From NCBI RefSeq assembly GCF_001194135.2, contig NC_068983.1, forward strand, positions 14,500,846 to 14,564,845: a stretch of DNA of 64,000 nt, in the 5' to 3' direction. This document shows positions 39,278-49,932 of the stretch, piece after piece. The notes under the pieces are model-generated. The model worked only from the letters and a program-made list of their open reading frames with translations, did not search any database and had not been told where the DNA came from. Positions within the stretch are counted from its first letter, which is position 1; each line of letters opens with the position of its first letter. A program made the translations under genes and the position numbers. The DNA is from Octopus bimaculoides. Lineage: Eukaryota.

Positions 39278-39365
39278 TTCTATCTTTGACCGCATTGTTT
39301 ACATAAACGTATTCGTATATCAAACGTCGTAACTTTCAATGCTGGCTCTGAATTCCGTCGAATAT
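39278..39365 (-). repeat. Copy 1 of an 88-bp local duplication
   Basis: 81/88 identity to 40814-40901. Confidence 0.92.
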
Positions 39366-39385
39366 ATATGTATATATATACATAC

Positions 39386-39491
<106 letters not shown>

Positions 39492-40815
39492 GGGTTAACT
39501 AAATCTAACATTGTATAAGAAAATATGTCACTCTCGCTGAACTCATGAAATAAGATTAAAACTCTACAGTGTATTTTGTGTTATTTAAAAGAACGGTCAT
39601 TACATTATTTTATAAATATTTCTTGTTTCTTGATAGCTTAATTGTGGAACATTCTTTTCTTTTTTTATTTTAGTGTCTTATATGAGTAAGAAAATAAAAA
39701 AGAAATATCATAAGGTCTGAGACCTGACTTGAATGCTGTAATAATGCAAACTCCGCAACGGACGCCTTGTCATCAGATGGTGGCTTTAAAACGGATGACG
39801 GATTAAGCGTACCTCTCAAGAAGGCGGAAAACTAAGATCTTACAAAGTTTCCATTTACCAAATTTCTGTGACAAGGATTCGGAAGATTCGAGGCTATGGT
39901 AGAAGATCTATGTAGTGAGACTGAATCCGAAACCAAGTAATTGTGGAGCGAAATTCTTAAACCTTGGCTGAAATATGTGAAACTAGTGAAAAAGTAAAAG
40001 AAATACAGCAGTTGAAGGCCTTCATTAAATTCCATTTAATGGTTTCTCTTTCCTGTAATTTTTGCTGACAAGGAATAACTCATTTTATTAAAATAGAATT
40101 CAAAGATTTTATAAATGTTCTTTTTCTTTTTTTAAAGTAGAATTGTGATAACAATGTTTTTTGTTAAAGGTATTTAGTAATTACATTGTTACCTTGAAGA
40201 TAACAAAGTTGATGCTGGCCCCGAGCCTTAGAGCATCGGACTAAATCTATTACAGTATTAAGTTACTTCTCTTCAATTCTGAATCCTTGTCTTTGCGGAT
40301 TTGGTTTTTCCTTTCTTAGCCTCGAGCTCATTGAAATAAAACTAACCACCAAAAATGTGAATATTCTAAACACATTATTATCATTTAGAATAATATATTT
40401 CAGTCACGGTGGAAAAAGTACAGCCGAATTTCAAATATGTATATCTCCTACGTGAATAAATCTAACCACACAGATCTAATAATTCATTGGTACGTGTATT
40501 TATTTTTATCTCTTACTGGGTTAAGTCAATCTATTGTAGTCATTCTGGAGCATAATTTCTGTGTGTTTGAGACAAGCAAATCGAGTTTCAGGTTATTGAT
40601 CACTATTTGCCGGTAGGTTATAATGTAAACAATTTAATTTTTATTTCGTTGTCAGTTGAAACAGACACCCAGTCGCTCCCATACATACTTATGTTCTTTC
40701 GCATACAAATTTCCACTCACATGGCATTGGTTAACTCCACTTCGTACTAGAAAATGCATTGACAAGTAATCACGTAATGAAATTACGTGCATATACACCA
40801 TTTAACTATTTTCTT

Positions 40816-40901
40816 CTATCTTTGACCGCATTGTTTAATTAAACGTATTCGTTTGTCAAATGTCGTGACTTTCAATACTGGCTCTGAATTCCGTCGAATA
40901 T
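40816..40901 (-). CDS. Candidate terminal coding exon (copy 2 of the duplication)
   Basis: Strong acceptor ctctttcctatgtttatctctacag. It reads IRRNSEPVLKVTTFDKRIRLIKQCGQR* or [14 protein letters not shown], and homology to copy 1 ends just past the TAG. Confidence 0.3.
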
Positions 40902-41043
40902 CTGTAGAGATAAACATAGGAAAGAGTAAATCCCTTTCCTAACACAAATGTAATGAAAATATTGACTTGCATTACATTTAATATAATTAGTAGTATATTA
41001 TAGTTGGATAACAAACTACAGTGTCCTTCCTAGCAATTTCTAC

Positions 41044-41099
<56 letters not shown>

Positions 41100-41812
41100 N
41101 NNNNNNNNNNNNNNNNNNNNNNNNNNNNNNNNNNNNNNNNNNNNNNNNNNNNNNNNNNNNNNNNNNNNNNNNNNNNNNNNNNNNNNNNNNNNNNNNNNNN
41201 NNNNNNNNNNNNNNNNNNNNNNNNNNNNNNNNNNNNNNNNNNNNNNNNNNNNNNNNNNNNNNNNNNNNNNNNNNNNNNNNNNNNNNNNNNNNNNNNNNNN
41301 NNNNNNNNNNNNNNNNNNNNNNNNNNNNNNNNNNNNNNNNNNNNNNNNNNNNNNNNNNNNNNNNNNNNNNNNNNNNNNNNNNNNNNNNNNNNNNNNNNNN
41401 NNNNNNNNNNNNNNNNNNNNNNNNNNNNNNNNNNNNNNNNNNNNNNNNNNNNNNNNNNNNNNNNNNNNNNNNNNNNNNNNNNNNNNNNNNNNNNNNNNNN
41501 NNNNNNNNNNNNNNNNNNNNNNNNNNNNNNNNNNNNNNNNNNNNNNNNNNNNNNNNNNNNNNNNNNNNNNNNNNNNNNNNNNNNNNNNNNNNNNNNNNNN
41601 NNNNNNNNNNNNNNNNNNNNNNNNNNNNNNNNNNNNNNNNNNNNNNNNNNNNNNNNNNNNNNNNNNNNNNNNNNNNNNNNNNNNNNNNNNNNNNNNNNNN
41701 NNNNNNNNNNNNNNNNNNNNNNNNNNNNNNNNNNNNNNNNNNNNNNNNNNNNNNNNNNNNNNNNNNNNNNNNNNNNNNNNNNNNNNNNNNNNNNNNNNNN
41801 NNNNNNGTTGTC

Positions 41813-41858
41813 AACACAAAGTTTCGGCTGATCTACCCTCCAGCCTTCATCAGGTGTC
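41813..41858 (-). ncRNA. Minimal type I hammerhead motif in a Penelope-like end fragment
   Basis: gacac-CTGATGA-A-GGCTG-gagggtagat-CAGCC-GAAAC-TTT-gtgtt; one substitution from the GAAAC-GTH consensus. Confidence 0.7.
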
Positions 41859-41908
41859 TTGGAGAAATTTCGAACCCGGGTTCTCATTCCTAAGGTATTT
41901 TTCGATGC

Positions 41909-41963
<55 letters not shown>

Positions 41964-41966
41964 GTT

Positions 41967-42190
41967 CAGTAGTTTTATTTTTATAACGTGCTTTCACTTC
42001 ACTACTTAGCACAGCTCTGTGTGCCTTGGGTATGTGCTGTGGTTTGCTGTGATGCTCTTATGGTTACTGTATTGAAAGTGTTTCGCGTAGGATGTGTGCA
42101 GTGCCCAGTAGTGCAATTTTCTGTATGTTATATATATTTGTAAGTCCTGGTGTTTTCGTTATATATTTGTCTGAATATTTTTTTATTATA
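41967..42190 (-). mobile_element. 5'-truncated R4/Dong-type non-LTR element embedded in a (TTA)/(TAA) microsatellite
   Basis: KYSDKYITKTPGLTNIYNIQKIALLGTAHILRETLSIQ* plus a 3' UTR nearly identical to 49041-49260. Confidence 0.9.
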
Positions 42191-43005
42191 TAATAATAAT
42201 AATAATAATAATTATTATTATTATTATTTTTGTTGTTGTTGTTGTTGTTGTTGTTATTATTATTATTATTACTGAGGTCACTGCCTGGAATCGAACTCGG
42301 AAGTAATTCACGATGAAGTGTTCTGACCAAAAACATGATGAAACATCAATAACATATTTCGACTCATGTTTCGTGATCAGGTTGTCCACTCTTTTGTCCA
42401 TTCGGTCAGTTAGTCACGATGATTCTATTGCTGTTATCGTTGCTATATAACCTAAGGCCAGCTCAAATTACCAGGCAAACTTATGATGAAGGCCACTCTA
42501 ATTGAGACAATCGTGTATTTTACTTCAGATGTAGACAATCTAAATCTACATTACCTAATGCATCGTCTGTTGTTTTTCCGAGACAACACGGTATAATTTG
42601 TTGGGGATTTCAATGCTTGCTTTAGGAGATCTGGCGATCATGGAAGCACTGTCAAATATACAGGTTGCCTCTTTATTAGCTTATAACCTTGACTTTAGTT
42701 AATCTTCATTTTTTTTTTCGGAGAGAAACGTATTGTAATAATTGAAATAACGACAGTAATTATATCATCATTATATTTACCTTTAATGCGTAGCCATTAA
42801 AGTGGCTACGAATAAACTATGTTCTTTAAGCAGGAAGCCGGGAAATATTATACTTAAAAAAAGAGTCGAATGAATGCCTAATAGTTATTTCATCTAATAA
42901 AATATATTATTCTTCCTTTATATTTCTATTAAGTTCCATATGTATAACAATCAGAAACGTGACGATCGTACTTATTGAACAATTCAAATATCACTTAAAT
43001 ATACT

Positions 43006-43131
43006 TCTCTCTCTCTCACTCGACCTTTTCTCTCTCTCTCACTCGACCTTTTCTCTCTCTCTCACTCGACCTTTTCTCTCTCTCTCACTCGACCTTTTCT
43101 CTCTCTCTCACTCGATCTTTTCTCTCTCTCT
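43006..43131. repeat. Minisatellite, five copies of a 23-bp unit (cactcgaccttttctctctctct)
   Basis: cactcga starts at 43017, 43040, 43063, 43086 and 43109. Confidence 0.95.
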
Positions 43132-43614
43132 CTCATCTTCTTTTCTCTCTTTATTTCTCTCTTACGCTCTGTCTGTTTACCTCCTGTTACTTTGTATATT
43201 TTAGCTGTCTACAATCAATGAGTGAGAACAGCTTCCAACAATTCCCTGAAATGTAAAATGTAGTCATAAAATGAGACAGTTGATGGAGGCACTAAAGAAC
43301 ACTAACTGAACAACAAAAACAAACAAACAAAAAAAAACAATAAACGCTTATGTGTTCCAGCAAGGTCAACCCTCGCAATATTGGGGAGCGACGATTAAAG
43401 ATACATTTTATTGTTTGGTAATAGTCAAAAACAGGAAGTGCAGTTTTCAATGATATTCTTGCTGGGCCTGTTGTGAGTTATGAAAGAGAGACTTCCCCAG
43501 GAGAACAACTGGTACTCAAGAACTACGTCACAATCCACGGAGCTTCCAAATTGTCACAGTTTTCTCATTCTCACTCAAAATTGTCAACGATGGGCATAGA
43601 CACGTGATTTTTTA

Positions 43615-43840
43615 AATTCTTTACTGCCCACAAGGGGCTACGCACAGGGGGGACAAACAAGGACAGACAAACGGATTAAGTCGATTAAATGGACCCCAGT
43701 GCATAACTGGTACTTATTTAATTGACCCCGAAAGGATGAAAGGCAAAGTCGGCCTCGGCAGAATTTGAACTCAGAACGTAGCGGCAGAGGAAATACTGCT
43801 AAGCATTTCGCCCGGCGTGCTAACGTTTCTGCCAGATCGC
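43615..43840 (-). mobile_element. SINE family C, near full length
   Basis: Reverse complement of 4721-4930, including the ggacaaacaaggacagacaaacggattaagtcg tail. Confidence 0.9.
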
Positions 43841-44796
43841 GGCATAGAAACGTGATTGCGAAGCGAGTGTTTAAGCACCCAACTCTCTCTGCGCACCTAG
43901 TAAGATAAAGTCCTGTGTCGAAGACCATGTCTCCGATGACGCCCATATCTGCAAGGATGGAAATGCCTGAGCGATTCATTCACTTATTGACTCAGACCGT
44001 ATTGTAAATTTACAGAAATCTATAAGTTGGATCTCAAGAATATTTCCTATTTTACTGCTCCAAAGATTCCTATCTAGGTCTCTGGCAACAAAGCATATCG
44101 GAGGAATATTTTGCACGAATGATTATGACAAATTATGAGCAAGTGTACCAACAGTTAAAGTTAAATTTTGTGGCTGACAATGTAACACGTGTATTTAGCC
44201 GTTGCGTTTACAAACCCTCTTTTTTTGTCTTTTCTTGATGACAGAAAAATGTAGACAAAAAACAAATTCTTCAAGAGACAAACAATGCAATCACTTAATT
44301 GGATTGTCGTTCATGAAACTAAATTATTGTGCAAGTTTTGTTTACCGAGTCTCTCTAATTTCTCTCCACTTTATTGAGGCTTGTAGCCAAACTGACTGGA
44401 AAATTCTGGATATTTTTTGAATTATATACAATTCTGTAATCGCATGAACAGGATAATGGCTCTAATGGACTAAAATGGTTGCATATCAAAGAGACAAATT
44501 CTGATATTATTCTTATTTTCTTTGCCCTTATTTTTGTTTTCTTATTTTATATTTATTGTTGTTGTTGTTGTTGCATCTCTTTCTTGTGTGCTTTTTTAAA
44601 ACTTTTTCTTTGTTTCAGCCATCAAATCTCAGGAGAATCTAGCATTAAAATATTTAGTAAATGGTAATGTTTTTATTTGGTTGGTGGAGGAATGGGGAGG
44701 CTGTATGTTGATTTAATTCGCTTATTTTCCATAACTGAAAACTGAAGAGCTTATTTCTTCTTATTTTTGTATTACAATTCATTAAATTACACTAAG

Positions 44797-44832
<36 letters not shown>

Positions 44833-45140
44833 GTAGTAGTAGTAGTAGCAGTATTATTATTTGTAGTAGTAGTAGTAGTAGTAGTTTAGTAGTAATAATA
44901 ATAATAATAATATTATATTTATTATTGTTGTTGTTATTAATATTCTTATATGCGTATGTACTTTGCACGCACACACGTGTTTCTTTTATGTAACAAATAC
45001 TGTCTCTGTATATATACCTATGCATAAAAATATATGGAAGTACATGTATATTATATAAGCGTACTTGTATGCACAAACATACTGATACTATTACACACAT
45101 ACAAACAAACACACATTTATGTGAGTATGTGTGCATGTAA

Positions 45141-45177
<37 letters not shown>

Positions 45178-45639
45178 CATGTTGTGTGTGCGTATATGAT
45201 ATATGTAGAGAAAATGTCTGCATGAATGAAAATAAAAGCTAAATGTAAAACCATGTTATGCGTCGTTGATGGTGATTGTTGAAACCAAAATATATAAAGA
45301 TTGATGTAGATATGACGAATCAAATGTTATACAAGTTCATTTTACGAAACTTCAGTTAAAAAATTTATATTATGATGCTAAATATATTTAATGTTGATGT
45401 TTGTACATGGAAGAAAAAAACAAAACAAAACAAAATAAAAATACGGTAAAATGATTCTATTACAATATCGTAAGCAGTGCCAAAAATATTTTTGCTCTCA
45501 GAAAGCTTACGTTTGTGGAGTTTTTAGAGCACAATATTGAACAAAAGTTATTACACTACCAATTTACTTCTCATAGAAACTGAGTTCAGATCAGAGACAG
45601 TCAATCTGGATTTTCCTCGGGAGATCAATGATATAAGTG

Positions 45640-45855
45640 AAGGCGGTGAGCTGACAGACTCTTTAGCCCCTTGGACAAGAGTCTTTTGCGGTATTGCTTC
45701 TGGTGTTTTCCATTCTGAGTTCAAATTCCATCGAGGTCAACTTCGATTTTCAATCTTTCAGAATCGATAAAATAAATTATCGGCCAAGTAGTGGAATCGA
45801 TGTAATCGACTTTTCTCCCAATTATAAAAATTACTGGCTTTGTGCTAAAATTTGA
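45640..45855 (+). mobile_element. SINE family C, diverged
   Basis: aaggcggtgagctgacagactc...ctgagttcaaattccatcgaggtcaacttcg. Confidence 0.75.
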
Positions 45856-46700
45856 TGATAAGGACGGTTAATCAATTCAATTACATCTTAACTTGTTGTT
45901 TATCTCAATTTCCGATCTAATCGATCCTTTACAGTTACGACCATTTCCATAGTGTCCATAAGGAGTACGTTATTAACCGATTTGTGCTTCCGTCCTGTGG
46001 CTCTTTCTATGATGCACTGAGGCTGCAAAGAGGATCGCTTCACGGCCATATTAGTAATTATGCAAAGTGATCCGTGGAGTACTACCTTTTGTGTAGATCT
46101 TCATAGAATTAAGAGCTGTTATTTATATAAACAGAGTTTGTTAAAAGTTCGAAATATGTAGCCAAAGCAGAGAAAGAGTGAGAGCGAAGTAGAGAAAGAG
46201 GCGGTGGGATAGAAAAAGAAAGGAAGAGAGAGGTAGAAAGAATGTGTAAATGTGTGAAGAACATAAATATGTGTATGTGTATTTTATACTAAACACACAT
46301 ACATACCTATGCAGATATATATACATACATATATACAGTCTGTTAAAGTCTGTCATACCGGCCATGATGAAATACCACAAGGTATAGAAAATACTATTCG
46401 CCTTTATATATTTAATCCTTTATACTGAATACTCAATATTTCATCTATTCAATAAGACATATTCCATATATTCAATAAGACATTCAATACTTTATTTCAT
46501 TGTACCATCCATTTTTATTTTATATTATATATTGTATATTATATTATATATTTTATATTCCATATTCTATATCTCACATTGGTTTTGCAGGAATATAAAT
46601 AAAACATAAAAAACAGACAGTGTTGGAACTCTTTTAAACAAAATAATATATTCCTCTATACACAATCATACAAAACCCCTTTTTTGTATTTATTTTTACT

Positions 46701-46774
<74 letters not shown>

Positions 46775-46999
46775 CATATGTATATATATATGTGTATAAT
46801 TATTAAATATTAGCGACGGAAGCAATATTAATGCCAAATCGTGGATGTTTTAATATCAGAGCACCGAATACTGTAGTGTCCACCTTGAGATGCCCTCTTA
46901 TAGAAACACATGATACAAATAGCAAACACGCATATAGAAGTAGACGAGAACTGTCCGACATTGGTGCCAGAACTGCCTGATCACATGATTTCAACGTAC

Positions 47000-47053
47000 A
47001 GGGCTCCCTCGATGGCAGGGGTCCAGTTGCCATATACCACCGAGTTCTCGCAG
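47000..47053 (-). CDS. Candidate 54-nt coding exon in a CpG-rich patch
   Basis: ttgttctatatactgacag acceptor and cct|gtacgt donor. All three frames are open; CENSVVYGNWTPAIEGA has NNC-biased codons. No homology recognised. Confidence 0.2.
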
Positions 47054-47514
47054 CTGTCAGTATATAGAACAACAGTGGTTTTTCAATCACTGCTGTCGCA
47101 CATGCACAAAGGGTGCTCTAGTTATTGTTATTCCGTTGCTTATTTTGCATCATTATGCTATACTAAAGTTCGAGAGTGCATCCTGATGAACAGTGGAAAG
47201 AATGATACTAGTCGTTTCGATCCCCCATTCAAAGCTCACAAAAAGTCCTGTGTCTAACCACTGAGCCTAATTTTACAGTGACGGTAAATATATATGGATA
47301 TGAGTTCAAATACTTATCTCATCACGGGAGGTACCAATAATTATCTTTATGAATGATAAGAAGAAAAAATAGAAATTCATTTGTATTTCAAATTTTGGTA
47401 CTATACTGCAAATGTCTTTTCGGTAATTAAAGATATTCTGTTTAAAATTTTGGTGAAGAGGGATACTTGACTGCATCAATGAAAGTGTTCAACTTTTATA
47501 TTATAATTTATAGA

Positions 47515-47970
47515 TTGCAGAAAGACAAAATGCAAAGTCGGCTCCGTTGGAATTTGAACGAAAAGCATCGGAAGATATGCGGGCTAGCATTTTGTCAGGT
47601 GTGGTAAGGATTTTAGCAGCTTGTCAATTTTTGCAGTGCAAATATTGGTTTCAAATTTTGGCATAAAACCAGAAAGTTCGGGGACGGGGTATGTCGACTA
47701 CACCGACCTCAGTGTTCAAATGGTACGCATTTAATCGCGCCCAAAGGACGAAAGGCAAATTCAACCTCGGCGGAATTTGAACTCATAACATTAAAGACGG
47801 ACAAAATGCCGCTAAGCATTTCTTCCAGCGTGCTAAGGATTCTGCAAATTCGCCGCCTTTAAAGGTAAAGTTTACCTCGGTGGAATTTGAACTTAGAACA
47901 TAAAAATGGACAATATGATTAAGAAATATTTTGTCCGGCGTGCTAACGATTCTGCCACCTCGCAGCCTCA
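47515..47970 (-). mobile_element. Three tandem family C SINE copies or head fragments
   Basis: The ggaatttgaac B-box segment recurs at about 47550, 47773 and 47881, all in one orientation. Confidence 0.8.
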
Positions 47971-48831
47971 TCGCCACATTTATCTAAGTGTTGAATAAAT
48001 AAATGGTTACAATTGTGCTTTTACATAATATGTACCTAGGAGTAAGAGTTCATTCCTACTATGAGACCATTAGTCTTAATGAATGCCACATAACACTTCT
48101 ACAAAAACCAAACGTAATCAACCACACCGTCCGTCCAATAGTAGCTACTTATTTGAACTCTTACCGTCATTACAGATGTCTTAAAACTTGTTGCCTTCGT
48201 ACCACTTAAGGCCTAAACTGTTTACCGTGTAATGACCTTAAGTTTATACAGACTTTGCACAAACGAATAGGATTTACGTCTTAAACATGAAAATCAAATT
48301 TATATTGATAATGGAATATGAAATTTTGACGTTCGTGTTTTTCCTTAAGACATTGACAATAACTGAAGTAGTTCTCTCCAATGATAGTGGCAGACACGCT
48401 GAAAGAAAATTTAATGCGTTGCTAAATCATGAAGCTATTCTTCCTCCTTCAGAACTGTATCGGGCAGTGAACTTTTCATAAATTTTCTGTGAGATTGTAA
48501 TATATAAAGCTAATAATGATTTGTAACATAGACGCAGGCATATAGTCGTATAGTTAAAATGCTCGGTTAGGTTTATATAATTGTATGATTAAGTCTGACT
48601 TCGAAACGAATGTGTTTCCGAGTTCGATTTGACAGCAGGAATCTTTGCGAAAGTAACCTCTACAATAAACTCGGATTGACCCTTATGTTGTGAGTAGCAT
48701 TTTGTAGAAGTAAACTCTGCAGGAGATCGTTGCATAAAACACACACACACACACACACATACACACACACGTACATATACAGAGTTGGCTAAACGTCACG
48801 TACTAAAAGATTTGACATTTTATTTACATTA

Positions 48832-49022
48832 TTATCAGGTTTTGTTGGTAATCTGGAATTTTGCATGCGTAGCGGGCTTGCTACATACCTGCAGTCTAAG
48901 GTACCATGTTATCAGGTTTTTTTTTTAGCTATCTAATACTTTCCTGAATATTCTGGCGTGCTACGGAGGCAAACCTTTTGTAACAGTTCTACTTGGCACT
49001 CTATTCCAATTTCCTTGATATT
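48832..49022 (-). mobile_element. 3' fragment of a second, distinct R4/Dong-like element
   Basis: Minus strand reads KIGIECQVELLQKVCLRST(fs)ARIFRKVLDS*, the LQKxxLLGTARIxRKVL C-terminal motif; it ends at a short gataataat. Confidence 0.65.
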
Positions 49023-49040
49023 CCTCTTATTATTATTATT

Positions 49041-49715
49041 CAGTAGTTTTATTTTTATAGCGTGCTTTCACTTCACTACCGACCGCAGCTCTGTGTGCCT
49101 TGGGTATGTGCTGTGGTTTGCTGTGATGCTCTTATGGTTACTGTATTGAAAGTGTTTTGTGTAGGATGTGTGCAGTGCCCAGTAGTGCAATTTTCTGTAT
49201 GTTATATATACTTGTAAGACCTGGTGTTTTTGTTATGCATTTGTCTGAATATCTTTTTATCATACCTAAGGCGCCTACTATGATAGGAATTGTTTCTGGT
49301 TTTAGATTCCACATTCGTGTTACCTCTATTTCCAGGTCTTTGTATTTTAAAAGTTTCTCCATTTCTCTTAGAGAAACGTTGACATCTGCTGGTATTGATA
49401 CATCAATTAGAATGCATTTTTTCTTCAGGATCTCTGACAACAATATCTGGCCTATTGGCCTTAATTTCTCTATCTGTGTGTATTGGCATATCCCAGAGTA
49501 TGGTTGCTTTCTCGTTTTCTGTGACCTTTTCTGGCGTGTGTTTATACCATCTTTTTTCTGTTGTTATTCCATAGTATTGGCATAGCCTCCATTGTATGTA
49601 GGTCCCAGCTCTGTCATGTCTGTGAATATATTCCTTCTTAGCCAGGAGTGGGCAGCCAGAGATAATATGATTTATTGTTTCTTGTGCATCGCCACCTATT
49701 CTACAGTTACTTGTT
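49041..49715 (-). mobile_element. R4/Dong-clade non-LTR retrotransposon 3' part (CCHC knuckle plus restriction-like endonuclease)
   Basis: CRIGGDAQ(fs)TINHIISGCPLLAKKEYIHRHD...ILWDMPIHTDREIKANRPDIVVRD(fs)KKCILIDVSIP...EKLLKYKDL...PIIVGALG...IQKIALLGTAHIL; the 3' end abuts (TTA)n at 49027-49040. Confidence 0.93.
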
Positions 49716-49749
49716 ATGTTTCTTTTCGTTTTACGTTTCGGGTAATTTC

Positions 49750-49932
49750 TGGTGGGGAGGGACCAGTCGATTACATTGATCCTACTGAATAACTGGTACT
49801 TAATTTATCGACCCCGAGAGGATGAAAGGCAAAGTCGACCCCGGCGGTATTTGAACTCAGAACATGATGGTAGACGAAATAACGCTAAGCATTTCGCCCG
49901 GCATGCTAACGATTCTGCCAGCTGGCCACCTT
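49750..49932 (-). mobile_element. SINE family C
   Basis: gtcgattacattgatcc...atcgaccccgagaggatgaaaggcaaagtcgaccccggcggtatttgaactcagaac. Confidence 0.88.

Noticed and set aside
43006-43131. 23-bp periodic repeat considered as a CRISPR-like array
   Set aside because: The units are directly adjacent with no unique spacers, so it is an ordinary minisatellite in eukaryotic DNA.
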